64,000 nt of DNA from an uncultured cyanobacterium (GCA_963744145.1 CAVUSO010000001.1:704001-768000), one strand, 5' to 3'; positions 22,455 through 33,942 are shown, numbered from the stretch's first letter. Numbers and translations: made by a program. Notes: generated from the letters alone by a model not told the origin.

Positions 22455-23135
22455 ATGATCCTGCCCGAATTCAAAAATGAGAAATTATTACGTCAAGCAC
22501 TTACCCATCGCTCCTATATCAACGAAAACCCTGGTGAATGTGAAAATAATGAACGGTTAGAATTTTTAGGTGATGCTTTACTAAATTTTATTAGTGGGGA
22601 GTATCTCTATAAACTGCATAAAGATTTAGGAGAAGATGAATTAACCAGGAGGAGATCAGCGTTAGTAGATGAAAAACAGTTAGCCAAGTTTGCGATCGAA
22701 ATTGGGTTAGATTTCAAAATGCGTCTTGGTAAAGGTGCGATTCGAGACGGTGGTTTTACTAATCCTAATTTACTCAGTAGTACCCTGGAAGCTTTTGTTG
22801 GTGCTTATTATCTGGATCATAATTCAGATATTGAACCTGTACGTAACTTTGTGGAAAAATTATTTGCTTCAGTTCCTGATATTGTAGTTGAACTTCGTTC
22901 TAGTATTGATTCTAAAAATAAGTTTCAGGAATGGGTCCAGGCAAATATTGGTCCGACTCCACCTAAATATGTTACAGACCAAATCGGTGGTTTAGATCAT
23001 GCTCCTGAATTTCAGGCTAAGGTGTTGGTTAATGAAAAAAAATACGGTGAAGGAAAAGGTCGCAGTAAAAAAGATGCGGAAAAACGTGCTGCTGAAGATG
23101 CGATCGCGAAGTTAAAAAGAAAAGGATTACTATGA
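22455..23135 (+). CDS. rnc: Ribonuclease III
   Basis: ALTHRSY, NERLEFLGDA signature, C-terminal dsRBD (G.GRSKKDAEKRAA). The ATG at 22455 is preferred over the TTG at 22410. Confidence 0.95.
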   Translation: MILPEFKNEKLLRQALTHRSYINENPGECENNERLEFLGDALLNFISGEYLYKLHKDLGEDELTRRRSALVDEKQLAKFAIEIGLDFKMRLGKGAIRDGGFTNPNLLSSTLEAFVGAYYLDHNSDIEPVRNFVEKLFASVPDIVVELRSSIDSKNKFQEWVQANIGPTPPKYVTDQIGGLDHAPEFQAKVLVNEKKYGEGKGRSKKDAEKRAAEDAIAKLKRKGLL

Positions 23136-23191
23136 TTTTGGAGATGCTCCGACGGGCGATTTTCCTGATCCAGTTGCGACAGTAAGTTGGT

Positions 23192-24871
23192 TCAATGCTG
23201 GATTCTTAATATGTCGAATTTTAACAAATATACCAGAGTGCGCTGAAGACGAGCGATCGCGATGGGGTTTTTGTCGGTTAACAGATTCAGGATCGCACCG
23301 ACTGTCAGAGAACCATTTTTCGCGATCGCCACAATTATCTCATCGATTATTACCTCTGATGTTCTGCGATCGTCTCCCCAATTAGAAATCCAAATTTTCC
23401 GGATTTTCTCTACATTTGCAGGTTTTGCCATTGTCCCTAATCCTAACACCATTTCTGTCCTTAAGGTTTGAGTTGAATAATTAGCAAAAGTTCGATAAGG
23501 TGTATCACAAAAAGGATAAGCAGGTTTTTCCCCAGTTAAAGGTACAGATAGATCAGCTCTAGCTCGTAATTCGGCTAATTCTTCCCATAAAGCTTCATAA
23601 CTGGCAATAATAACTTGCCAATCATAAATTTCTCTAGCTCGTTTCCGTCCGTTTTCTCCTAAACGCTGTCTTAATTCTTGATTACTAATTAAAGTTGCTA
23701 ATGCTTGGGCACAAGCATCAACATCAACTGCGGTTGACATTGATGTATAACCAACATAATTTCCATACTGCCAGGTGTCATTAAAATAACTGAAAGCGAA
23801 ATCAAATCCTGCTTCTGGTGGAGGAATTATAGTGGGAATTCTAAATCCATCAATCCCATCGCGGACAGAATCCTGATATCCATCCCAATCAGAAACAATT
23901 ACAGGTAATCCTGCTGACATTGCTTCAATTGGTGTGATCCCGAATGTTTCTTGGATGTTGTCTGATAAAGAAATAAAAATATCAACTCCACTCCAGATTG
24001 AAGTCCGGATTTCTGGTTTACGTCCATCAATAAAAATATGATTAGCTGAAGGACAAAAAACTTTTGCTGCTGCTTTAAATACCATTTCATCGGTTTGATT
24101 TTTAAACCAACCAGCTTGAATTAGGTGAACTTTAGCTCCTGTTGCTTGTACTGCTTGTTCTAGTGCTAAATACATCGGTACTGGATGAGCTTTTGCATAA
24201 AAATTCAGTCTTCCCACATACAAAATAACTACATCTTCTGGTGATATTCCTAGTTCTTTTTGGATTTGACTACGGATATTGTTAGACTTTATTCCTTGAT
24301 CAAAAATATCACAATCTATCCCCAAAGGAATAACTGGAAGTTGAAAATTGATCTGAGGTTTTCCCCCCATCCTTTCTGCTAAATATTCAGCCCAATTATC
24401 TAAAACATTTTTCATCACATTTTTAGCAGCAACTGAGGTACAAATTAGTGCATCCCAAGCTTGAGATGGAGCAATAATCAGGTCTCCAATATCTTTGAGT
24501 AAGGTATGGGGTGATATGGTATGATTTATCCCACAGATACTATAATATCTTTGATTAGTAAATCGACGTTGCCAAAGTAAAGATGCGAAAACTGGATCTC
24601 CTTTATAAATAGTACCAGCTTGAGCTAAACCATTGATATTTTCTGGTGTTAACCATCGCACTTTCTGGGGATATTTTACCCAAGGTTGAATCCGATCGCA
24701 AAATTCTGAAAAAGTTTGCTGTTCTCCTGTATAACAATATAAATGTTCCGCTGTTCCATACTCGACTAAACCTTTGAGAAATCCCGCACTAGCAATATGT
24801 CTTCCATACAGGTTGTTAATGCTAGTATCATAATCTTCGCGTCGATAGAAAATTGCAGCAGTTTTATTCAT
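23192..24871 (-). CDS. GT4 family glycosyltransferase, paralog 3
   Basis: LYVGRL, DNIQETFGITPIEAM, PVIVSDWDG. Confidence 0.9.
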   Translation of the reverse strand: MNKTAAIFYRREDYDTSINNLYGRHIASAGFLKGLVEYGTAEHLYCYTGEQQTFSEFCDRIQPWVKYPQKVRWLTPENINGLAQAGTIYKGDPVFASLLWQRRFTNQRYYSICGINHTISPHTLLKDIGDLIIAPSQAWDALICTSVAAKNVMKNVLDNWAEYLAERMGGKPQINFQLPVIPLGIDCDIFDQGIKSNNIRSQIQKELGISPEDVVILYVGRLNFYAKAHPVPMYLALEQAVQATGAKVHLIQAGWFKNQTDEMVFKAAAKVFCPSANHIFIDGRKPEIRTSIWSGVDIFISLSDNIQETFGITPIEAMSAGLPVIVSDWDGYQDSVRDGIDGFRIPTIIPPPEAGFDFAFSYFNDTWQYGNYVGYTSMSTAVDVDACAQALATLISNQELRQRLGENGRKRAREIYDWQVIIASYEALWEELAELRARADLSVPLTGEKPAYPFCDTPYRTFANYSTQTLRTEMVLGLGTMAKPANVEKIRKIWISNWGDDRRTSEVIIDEIIVAIAKNGSLTVGAILNLLTDKNPIAIARLQRTLVYLLKFDILRIQH

Positions 24872-24878
24872 AATTGCT

Positions 24879-26557
24879 CTAATTAGATTTAATCCGGAGG
24901 ATATTAAATTTTAATAAATATACTAAACTCCGTTGGAGACATTTAATTTCCCCAGGATTATGTCCATAGGATTGCAGAATTTCTCCCACAGATAGCGAAC
25001 CTGATAAAGCGATCGCTTGGATAATTTCCTGTAACCGATATACAGGTATTCTGTGATCACTACCAAATTCGGTGATCCAGATTTGTTGTAATTCATTTAA
25101 TTTTACCGATGCTAATGTTGTGACCAATTCTAAAATTACATTGTCTGTTAAAGTTTGAGTCGCATAATGGGAAAAAATCCGAAAAGGATCATCTCCTAAA
25201 GGATAAGGTGCTTTACCAGAAGACACAGGTGCAAATATTTCCTGAGTAGCTCTAATTTCTGCCAAATCTTGCCATAATTGCTCATATATCGGAATAACTA
25301 CTTGCCAATCATATACTTGTTGAACGCGTTTTCGTCCAGATTCTCCCATCTTTTGTCTTAACTCTCGATCGCTAATTAATGTAATTAATGCTCTAGCACA
25401 TTGCTCAATATCAACAGCACATCCCATCGCACTCAAAGCACTATAATTAGCAAAACTTGCTCGTTCTGGTACATATTTTAAAGCTAATTCTAATCCAGCT
25501 TCAACTGGAGGTATAGTCGTGGGAATTCTAAATCCATCAATTCCATCACGAATCGATTCTTTATACCCATTCCAATCCGAGACAATTACAGGTAAACCAG
25601 CAGCCATTGCTTCTATAGGTGTTAACCCAAAACTTTCTTGAATATTATCAGATAAAGATATAAAAATGTCACCAATTGACCAGATTTCTAATAATTTTTC
25701 CCTGGGAGGAGTAGGTATGGTAATCGTATTAATTGATGGTGCAAATATTTTAGCAATCTCCACGAAAGAAATTTCTTCTCGATGATTTTGGATACCTCCT
25801 GCTTGGACTAAATGAATTTTTATCTTACTTAATTGTGCAGCTTTTTCTAAAGCTATATACATTGGTACTGGATGAGCTTTATCTATAAAAGTCAACCGAC
25901 CAATATATAAAACTACAATATCATTAGGAGCAATTTCCCATTCTTGACGGAGCAGAAAGCGGGTTTTTGCTCGAGCATCTCCTTGCGGAAAATCATGATA
26001 ATCTACACCCAAAGGAATGATTGGTAAATTAATTTTTGTGGCCGTTTCCTCCCCATAATTTCTTCTAAATAATCTGCCCAATTTTCTAGTAACGTTTCGG
26101 TAGCTTTTTTGACCGCAACGCTAGTACAAATTAGCGCATCCCAAGGTTGAATCGGTGCAAGTAATAAATTCCCAATTGTGGTCATTGCTTGTTGGGTGGA
26201 AATTGTATGAGTAATACCACAAATACTAAAAGCTCTTTGATCAATAAATCGTCTGGGCCATGCAAAATAATTTAATCCTGGATCACCAATGTATATGGTT
26301 CCAGCTTGAGCAATAAAGCGCAGATCATTAGCAGGTAACCAACGAACTTTACGGGGACGTTTTACCCAAGGTTGAATCAATTCACAAAAATCAGAAAAGT
26401 CTTGTTGTGTTCCTGCATAACAATATAAACGTTCTCCCCTTCCATACTTAACCAAACTCTTGAGAAAACCTCCCCCCGCTGCTTTCCGACCAGCAGGTTG
26501 TTCAGAATTATTATTATAAGACTCACGCACATATCGGATCGCCGCAGTATTATTCAT
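24879..26557 (-). pseudogene. GT4 family glycosyltransferase, paralog 2, frameshifted near 26035
   Basis: ORFs 26003-26557 and 24879-26081 are the N- and C-terminal parts of one paralog. Adding one base, for example in the T5 run at 26033-26037, restores MGRKRPQKINLPIIPLG, colinear with the neighbours. Confidence 0.85.
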
Positions 26558-26558
26558 A

Positions 26559-28271
26559 TTAATTATTGGCTATTTCCAGGATATTAAATTTTAAAAGATA
26601 AACCAGCGATCGGATTAAATTATCTCTCTCTTGGGGATGATTTGCATAGTGGTTGCAAATAGTTTCTACTGATAATCCCCCTGCTTGATTAATAGCAACT
26701 AAAATCTCATTCAGGGTCGCGATCGGTGTTCTGCTAATACCACCAAATCTAACTAACCAAACTTGTCCAAGAGTATCTAAAGCTTGTGCTGTTGACATCT
26801 GACCAGTTTTCAGCATGATCTGCTGGTGTAAAACTTGATGAGAATAATGGGTGAACATCCGGAAAGGATCATCACAAAAAGGGATAGGTGGTCTACCCGC
26901 ATCAAGGGGTACAGACAGAGGAGCAGTAGCACGAATTTCGGCTAATTCTTGCCATAATTGTTCATAAGTAGTAATCACAACTTGCCAATCATAAACTGCT
27001 CTAGCACGTTGACGTCCATTTTCTCCCATTTTTTGTCTCAGCTCAGGATTAGTAAGTAAAATCGCCAAAGCTCTTGTACAAGCAGGAATATCAACAGATG
27101 TCACCATAGCAGTAAAAGCACTGTAAGTAATATAATTAATTCTGTCAGCCCAATAACTTTCAGCTAAATCGACACAAGCACCGGGATCAGGAATAATTGT
27201 GGGAATTTTAAACCCATCCACTCCATCACGAACAGATTCTTGATACCCATTCCAATCAGAAACAATTACAGGTAATCCTGATGACATTGCTTCAATCGGT
27301 GTTAATCCAAAAGTTTCTTGAGTATTGTCTGCTAAAGAGATAAAAATATCACCTACCGACCAAATATCAGAACGAATTTCGGGTTTGCGTCCATCTAAAA
27401 AAATCAGATTGACTGATGGACATAAAAGGTTAGCTGCTGTTTGAAAACGCTCTTCATCTTCTTGACTTTCAAACCAACCAGCTAGAATAAAATGTAAAGG
27501 CGATCGCCCGTCTTGCTTCACTAATCCAGTTGCTTGAGCTGCTGCTTCGATCGCCATATACATCGGTACTGGATGAGCTTTAGCATAAAAATTCAATCGT
27601 CCGACATATAAAATAACTAGATCATCCGCAGCAATTCCTAGTTCCTGACGTAAGCGATCGCGAGTTTCCATCTTCTGATCAGCATGATCAAAAGCATCAC
27701 AATCTACTCCCAAGGGAATAATTGGTAAATTGATGGGAATTTTCGTTCTCGACCCAAACCGTTGCGCCAAATATTCTGCCCAATTACCTAAAACATTTTC
27801 CAGCCCAGTTTTCACAGCTTTAGAAGTACAAATTAACGCATCCCAAGGTTGAACAGGTGCAATTAACATCTCACACATTACTTCCATTGGCCCTTTAGTT
27901 GAGATTGTATGAGTCACTCCACACACACTATAAGCTCGCTGATCACCAAATCGACGTTGCCAAACCAAAGGAGTAATCACCGGATCAGCTCGATAAAGAG
28001 TACCAGCAATGGCAATTTTTTCTGGTGTAGAGGTAGAGATCCATTCTACAGCTCGTGGGTGGTCTTGATTGACCCAAGGTTGAATCAGTTGACAAAATTC
28101 ATCAAACTCTTCAGTAGTGGAAGCATAACAATAAAGAAATTCCGATGTTCCATGCTGGACTAAACCTTTAAGAAAACCTTCTCCTGCGGCTTGACGACCC
28201 ACAAGTCTTTGTCCACTTGTGTCATAAGCATCCCGTTTGTATAAAATTGCTGCTGTTTTACCCATTGCCAA
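26559..28271 (-). CDS. GT4 family glycosyltransferase, paralog 1
   Basis: LYVGRL, DNTQETFGLTPIEAM, PVIVSDWNG. Confidence 0.9.
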   Translation of the reverse strand: MAMGKTAAILYKRDAYDTSGQRLVGRQAAGEGFLKGLVQHGTSEFLYCYASTTEEFDEFCQLIQPWVNQDHPRAVEWISTSTPEKIAIAGTLYRADPVITPLVWQRRFGDQRAYSVCGVTHTISTKGPMEVMCEMLIAPVQPWDALICTSKAVKTGLENVLGNWAEYLAQRFGSRTKIPINLPIIPLGVDCDAFDHADQKMETRDRLRQELGIAADDLVILYVGRLNFYAKAHPVPMYMAIEAAAQATGLVKQDGRSPLHFILAGWFESQEDEERFQTAANLLCPSVNLIFLDGRKPEIRSDIWSVGDIFISLADNTQETFGLTPIEAMSSGLPVIVSDWNGYQESVRDGVDGFKIPTIIPDPGACVDLAESYWADRINYITYSAFTAMVTSVDIPACTRALAILLTNPELRQKMGENGRQRARAVYDWQVVITTYEQLWQELAEIRATAPLSVPLDAGRPPIPFCDDPFRMFTHYSHQVLHQQIMLKTGQMSTAQALDTLGQVWLVRFGGISRTPIATLNEILVAINQAGGLSVETICNHYANHPQERDNLIRSLVYLLKFNILEIANN

Positions 28272-28392
28272 AGGAGATTAGTGCGGAAACACGCTTTATA
28301 AATCTGAATAACTTTCGTAGCATAGCTCAATCTGCTCGTATAATATCAATACTGAAAAACTAAACAAACCTATCCACTATTGACCAGGAGCC

Positions 28393-28641
28393 ATGAGTAT
28401 ATATAACCCTTCTTTACGTGAAGAACCTCGCTCACAGAGAGCAGGGGTAATCCCCTTAAAACAAGAAGACTCTATTTTAGATTGGTTAGAAGCAACCGGA
28501 CGTTTGCTATCACGAGATGATCCCGAACATAATTACCAAGAAGACGAAGAAGAGATTTCCGAACTAATCGTCGATGATGGTCCCTACGATGATGATGATG
28601 ACGATTTAGTTGAAGAAGATGTAGACCTCATTCCAGACTAG
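28393..28641 (+). CDS. Small acidic cyanobacterial protein (DUF3134-like)
   Basis: NPSLREEPR, SILDWLEATGRL and an acidic tail; upstream of mraY; RBS AGGAG. Confidence 0.75.
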   Translation: MSIYNPSLREEPRSQRAGVIPLKQEDSILDWLEATGRLLSRDDPEHNYQEDEEEISELIVDDGPYDDDDDDLVEEDVDLIPD

Positions 28642-28726
28642 CCCCCACTATTGGCCACCATTTGAGCGCAAATTTATTCCCATCTGAACATCTGGTCAAA
28701 AATATTTTCATCAGAGAAAAAAATCC

Positions 28727-29821
28727 GTGGATAGTAAACTAACAACTAGCAAAACAACATACCTATCAGGAACCAATATCTTAGTGGTTCTAGGAACTTT
28801 ACTAATTGTAGCAGCGATCGGTTTGGATCTAAATGCTGGTCGATTGACTAACTTCAACCCTTCTTTAACTATACCATTAGTAATTAGCGCTGTAGCTACT
28901 GCGGTCATTGGTTATGTTGCTGTACCCATACTCCAAAAACTAAAAACGGGACAAATTATTCGGGAAGACGGACCGCAGAGTCACTTAAAAAAAGCTGGGA
29001 CTCCCACCATGGGAGGAATATTTGTTGTACCAGTCGGAATCGCGATCGCCCTATTAGGGTCGGGATTTTCTCCCCAAGTAATCGCTATTTCTACCTTAAC
29101 GTTAGCATACGGAATCATCGGTTGGATTGATGACTGGCAAATTCTGGTGCGTAAATCCAATAAAGGCATTTCACCACGATTAAAATTAGGCTTACAAATT
29201 GGATTTGCTGGATTATTTTGTCTGTGGTTATCATGGAGTCAACCAGAGAGTATTACTAACATCGATTTACCAATGGGTTTATCCTTACCATTAGGATGGT
29301 TTTTTTGGATTTTTGCGGGATTTTTATTAGTAGCAGAAAGCAATGCTACCAATTTGACCGATGGTTTAGATGGTTTAGCAGGAGGATTAGGAGCGATCGC
29401 TCTGTTTGGATTAGGAGCTTTAATTGCGCCAAGTTCCCCAGAATTAATGATTTTCTGTGCGAGTTTAAGTGGTAGTTATTTAGGGTTTTTGACTCATAAC
29501 CGTAATCCTGCGCTGGTGTTTATGGGAGATACGGGTTCCCTAGCACTAGGAGGAGCTTTAGCTGGGGTAGCTTTACTGAGTAATAGTATTTGGAGTTTAT
29601 TTCTAGTGAGTGGGATTTTCTTTGTGGAAACTATCTCAGTCATTGCTCAAGTCAGTTATTACAAAGCTACAAAAGGACCGGATGGAGTTGGTAAACGGTT
29701 GTTGAGGATGGCACCTTTACACCATCATTTAGAACTATCGGGATGGACTGAAATCAAAATTGTCGCCGTATTTTATCTGATCAATGGAGTGTTAGATTTA
29801 GTGAGTTTCAGCATTCATTAA
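28727..29821 (+). CDS. mraY: Phospho-N-acetylmuramoyl-pentapeptide transferase
   Basis: GPQSH..KAGTPTMGG, DD, NATNLTDGLDGL, FMGDTGS, MAPLHHHLE. Confidence 0.97.
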   Translation: MDSKLTTSKTTYLSGTNILVVLGTLLIVAAIGLDLNAGRLTNFNPSLTIPLVISAVATAVIGYVAVPILQKLKTGQIIREDGPQSHLKKAGTPTMGGIFVVPVGIAIALLGSGFSPQVIAISTLTLAYGIIGWIDDWQILVRKSNKGISPRLKLGLQIGFAGLFCLWLSWSQPESITNIDLPMGLSLPLGWFFWIFAGFLLVAESNATNLTDGLDGLAGGLGAIALFGLGALIAPSSPELMIFCASLSGSYLGFLTHNRNPALVFMGDTGSLALGGALAGVALLSNSIWSLFLVSGIFFVETISVIAQVSYYKATKGPDGVGKRLLRMAPLHHHLELSGWTEIKIVAVFYLINGVLDLVSFSIH

Positions 29822-29933
29822 ATCCAACCATCTCAGCCAGTCTGATGAATAGTTTGCAAAATCTGGAAAACTGTCGATACTAAGAATGAACTGTTAGGTT
29901 TATTTTGCTCAGATAAGTGGCAACTTTTAGACA

Positions 29934-31265
29934 ATGTCTCCAACTAGCGAACTTCTAATTCTGCTCCTGCTCATTTTCGGCAACGCTCTTTTTGTGATGT
30001 CGGAAATGGCGATCATTTCCTCCCGCAAAGTCCGATTACAACAATTAGCCAATCATGGTAGTATCAAAGCGCGTGCTGCTTTAGAATTGGCCAATGCCCC
30101 GAATCAATTTTTGCCGACGGTGCAAATCGGAATTACGTTGATGGCGATTATATCTGGTGCTTTTGGTGAAAATGTATTAGCTCGACAAATCGAACCAATT
30201 GTCAGCCTGATTCCGGGATTGGAAAAGTACATAAGTATGAGTACAGTTTCATCAGGAATTGCCATTGTAATTATTACATATTTAACTCTAATTATTGGCG
30301 AATTGGTGCCGAAAAGATTAGCATTAAATAATCCAGAACCAATTGCTATGAATGTGGCAATTCCCTTGGGAATGTTAGCGAAAATCACCGCACCGATTGT
30401 GAAATTATTGAGTACCTCAACCGAAATCAGCCTCAGAATTTTAGGGATCAGACCTTCTAATGAACCACAAGTCACTGAAGAAGAAATTAAGGTTTTAATT
30501 GAGCAAGGTACGGAGGAGGGAACTTTTGAAGAAGCAGAACAGGATATGGTAGAACGGGTGTTTCGGTTGGGCGATCGCCGGGTGGGCGCATTGATGACAC
30601 CTCGTCCTGATATTGTCTGGCTCGATTTAGAAGATCCATGGGAAACTAATAAACAAAAAATGATCGATAGTGGTTATTCCCGATTTCCTGTATGTCAGGG
30701 GGGGTTAGATACAGTTTTAGGAGTTATAACTGTCACTGATTTATTAAGTAGCTGTTTGAATAATCAACCGATCGATATGACAGTTTCTTTACGTCGTCCT
30801 TTGTTTGTACCAGAAAGTACGCGCGGTTTTAAAGTATTGGAATCATTTAAACAATCTAGTACCCATCTTTCTTTAGTGGTAGATGAATACGGAATTATTC
30901 AAGGGTTAGTGACTCTGAACGATATTTTCGTGGAAATTGTGGGTGATTTGCCTATGATTGATGAGGATGATGAACCTCAAGCTGTGCAACGAGAAGATGG
31001 CTCTTGGCTATTAGATGGAATGTTACCAGTTGAAGAGTTTTTTGAATTATTTAACCTCGAAGAATTGCCAAAAGAACAACGAGGTAACTATCATACAATG
31101 GGTGGTTTTATCATTACTCATTTGGGTCGTATTCCCGCACCTACTGATCATTTTGATTGGGAGAGTTGGCGCTTTGAGGTAATTAGTATGGATGGTAATC
31201 GAGTTGATCAGGTATTGGTCATATCTATACCTTTAGATTCTTCAGATTCTACCAGTGCTGATTAA
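29934..31265 (+). CDS. HlyC/CorC family (DUF21-CBS-CBS-CorC) protein
   Basis: SEMAIISSR, QIGIT, GELVPKRLA, MTPR, VVDEYG, C-terminal transporter-associated domain. Confidence 0.92.
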   Translation: MSPTSELLILLLLIFGNALFVMSEMAIISSRKVRLQQLANHGSIKARAALELANAPNQFLPTVQIGITLMAIISGAFGENVLARQIEPIVSLIPGLEKYISMSTVSSGIAIVIITYLTLIIGELVPKRLALNNPEPIAMNVAIPLGMLAKITAPIVKLLSTSTEISLRILGIRPSNEPQVTEEEIKVLIEQGTEEGTFEEAEQDMVERVFRLGDRRVGALMTPRPDIVWLDLEDPWETNKQKMIDSGYSRFPVCQGGLDTVLGVITVTDLLSSCLNNQPIDMTVSLRRPLFVPESTRGFKVLESFKQSSTHLSLVVDEYGIIQGLVTLNDIFVEIVGDLPMIDEDDEPQAVQREDGSWLLDGMLPVEEFFELFNLEELPKEQRGNYHTMGGFIITHLGRIPAPTDHFDWESWRFEVISMDGNRVDQVLVISIPLDSSDSTSAD

Positions 31266-33942
31266 GGTTTTGATCAGTTTTTACAATCTTTGTTCAAAAA
31301 TGATAAAAAAGCTACTCGAGTTTTATCAGACAATTAGGTTGCTTCGCAAGTATATATTGAGCGCAGTAAGCATAGCTTTGTTAATCATCTTAATTCCTGA
31401 TCAGCTCAATAGTACCCCAGTGAATCATATCTCGGGGGATCATTTGGTCGCGATCGGTAAAAATGATCACATCCAATTGCAAAAATATGCTCAAAGTTTG
31501 GTTGATCAAGGAAATGAATTATTAGAACAAGGAAAAGCAGCGGAAGCATTAGACATTTGGAAACAAGCTCAATCAGTCTACCAAAAGTTAGCTGATTCCG
31601 AAGGTATTATTAAAAGTCAAATCAATCAGAGTATGGCTTTACAAAGTCTAGGTCAATACCGACATGCTTGTGTGGAATTACTCACCCCATTACATCTGAA
31701 TTATCAAGATCATTTACTATGTAAACAACCATCAGAAACAGACCTATTGAGTCAAGAAAAAATTGAGGTATTAAAAAAATCTCTCTGGTCTGAAAAACCT
31801 TCATTAATGCAACTAACTGGATTGCAAATATTAGGTGATCTTTTGAGATTGATTGGCAATTTAGAAGAATCACAAGAAATATTAAACCAAAGTTTAATGA
31901 TGGCTATTCAATTACAATCTCCCTCAAAAATAAGTGCTAACTTTCTCAGTTTAGGTAATGATGAACGAGATTTGTATACAATTCAAAAAGATTTATATTA
32001 TCGCATGGAATCAAGCCATGGTCGAGACGATACTATCAAAAGAGCTGAAGGTGCTTTAGACTACTATAAAAAAGCTGTTCAATCAGCAACCGGTGATCTA
32101 CCTACTTCTCAAACTACCCTAATTCAAGCACAATTGAATGGTCTGAGTTTATTATTAGACTATCAGAATTGGTTAGAGCAAGAAACCAAAATAGATTCAC
32201 CAGATATTCGGGAAAAACTAGAGCAAGTTAAAGCGCAATTGCAAGCTCAGGTTGATCAGTTACGGAAAGAGCCATTCCTGTTTGCTAATTTACCACCGAT
32301 AATCGCAATTTATAGTCGTTTAAACTTTGCCGAAAGTCTGATTAGCTTCTCTCCAGAAAAAGAAGAATATGTATCGATCGCGCTCCAATATGCAAAAGAT
32401 GCTCTCGCTAAATCTCTGGTTTTAGGAAATCAACAAGTAAGAGGTTATGTGCTGGGAATACTGGGTAGTTTATATGAACAAATTAATGATTTAGAGCAAG
32501 CGGAAGATTTGACTAAAAAGGCTGTCTATATTACTCAATCGATTCTGGCTGAAGATATTGTTTATAAATGGCAATATCAATTAGGCAGTATTTATGAACG
32601 TCAAGGAAAAATTCCCGATGCGATCGCTGCTTATAATGCAGCAGTTAACACTCTTGATGTGGTCCGTCATAGCTTACTATCAGTGAATACCAATGTACTA
32701 TTTTATTTTCGGGAAAAATTAGAACCTATTTATCGAGATTTAATTAATTTATATCTACAATCACCAAATCAAGAAAATCTCGCCAAAGTCCTAGAAGTAA
32801 ATAAGAAATTCCAATTAATCGAGCTGGAGAATTTTATTCAATGTAATTTATCAGGTTTTGAACCCCTGGAAAAAATTGTGAAGGAACTTAAGCAAACAGC
32901 AGTTGCCATTATTTATACAATTATTTTAGAAAAGCAGAATAAAGTTGAAGTAATTCTTAGTTTACCTAACCAAGATCAACCGAATTTATATCATTATAGC
33001 ACGCCTTGGGATGAAGTAAATGAGAACGTTAATGCGCTCAGGAATAATCTGCAACTGCCAAATTTTAGAAACTTAAACGCTGAGGAAAAAATTATGCCTC
33101 GGTATCAGAAACTTTATCAATTATTGATGGCACCACTCAAGAGATACTTACCTAAGCAAGGAACATTAGTATTTGTACTGGATAGTCAATTACAAAACAT
33201 TCCAATGGCACTTTTGCAAGATGAAAATAAGCGCTACTTAATTGAGGATTATAGTATTGCACTTAGTCCGGGTTCCCAAATCCGCAAACCAAGTAAAATC
33301 TCTTGGAAGCAATCGAGGGCATTAATTGCTGGACTCAATCAAAGTGAACGTAGTTCACCTGAATTTCGACCACTAACTAACGTAAAAATTGAATTAGATG
33401 AAGTGAAGAAAAATACAGTTTCCCACGAAATCCTGTTTGAAAAAAACTTTACTAAAGAAAAGTTCCAAAGTACAGTTCATGCTTCGTCTTTTCCCATCAT
33501 CCATCTAGCTACTCATGGAAAATTTAGTTCTGACTCAGAAAAAACATTTATCGTTGCTTATAATGGGCAAATTAATGTCAGAGAATTAGACTATTTGCTG
33601 AGAAATAAAACTCAAGGTAGTCCTGAACCACTTGAGTTACTCGTATTGAGTGCTTGTGAGACAGCAAAAGGCGATCGCGAAGGAGGGTTAGGAATGGCAG
33701 GGGTGGCAGTAAAAGCAGGTGCTCGTAGTACAGTAGCAAGTATTTGGAGTGTAAGCGATCGCTCTACCGCCTGGTTTATGAAAGAATTTTACCAAAGATT
33801 AAAAGCAGGTGCGACCAAAGCAGAAGCCCTACGTCAAGCACAAATAGCTTTTTTGAAAAATCCTCATCACGACCTAGCTTATCAAGGTTACGAACATCCA
33901 TATTACTGGGCACCTTTTATTCTGGTCGGTAATTGGCTATAA
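31255..33942 (+). CDS. TPR + CHAT (caspase-like) domain protein, probably exported
   Basis: HLATHG and LSACET catalytic motifs, HPYYWAPFILVGNWL end, TPR helices, hydrophobic N-terminus. True start may be the ATG at 31300. Confidence 0.92.
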   Translation: MLIKVLISFYNLCSKMIKKLLEFYQTIRLLRKYILSAVSIALLIILIPDQLNSTPVNHISGDHLVAIGKNDHIQLQKYAQSLVDQGNELLEQGKAAEALDIWKQAQSVYQKLADSEGIIKSQINQSMALQSLGQYRHACVELLTPLHLNYQDHLLCKQPSETDLLSQEKIEVLKKSLWSEKPSLMQLTGLQILGDLLRLIGNLEESQEILNQSLMMAIQLQSPSKISANFLSLGNDERDLYTIQKDLYYRMESSHGRDDTIKRAEGALDYYKKAVQSATGDLPTSQTTLIQAQLNGLSLLLDYQNWLEQETKIDSPDIREKLEQVKAQLQAQVDQLRKEPFLFANLPPIIAIYSRLNFAESLISFSPEKEEYVSIALQYAKDALAKSLVLGNQQVRGYVLGILGSLYEQINDLEQAEDLTKKAVYITQSILAEDIVYKWQYQLGSIYERQGKIPDAIAAYNAAVNTLDVVRHSLLSVNTNVLFYFREKLEPIYRDLINLYLQSPNQENLAKVLEVNKKFQLIELENFIQCNLSGFEPLEKIVKELKQTAVAIIYTIILEKQNKVEVILSLPNQDQPNLYHYSTPWDEVNENVNALRNNLQLPNFRNLNAEEKIMPRYQKLYQLLMAPLKRYLPKQGTLVFVLDSQLQNIPMALLQDENKRYLIEDYSIALSPGSQIRKPSKISWKQSRALIAGLNQSERSSPEFRPLTNVKIELDEVKKNTVSHEILFEKNFTKEKFQSTVHASSFPIIHLATHGKFSSDSEKTFIVAYNGQINVRELDYLLRNKTQGSPEPLELLVLSACETAKGDREGGLGMAGVAVKAGARSTVASIWSVSDRSTAWFMKEFYQRLKAGATKAEALRQAQIAFLKNPHHDLAYQGYEHPYYWAPFILVGNWL

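Noticed and set aside
31255..33942. TPR-CHAT as a Craspase-like (Csx29) partner of the nearby type III-D system
   Set aside because: It has a signal-like N-terminus and the common cyanobacterial exported CHAT architecture, follows a housekeeping gene, and is separated from the cas genes by other ORFs and a MITE.
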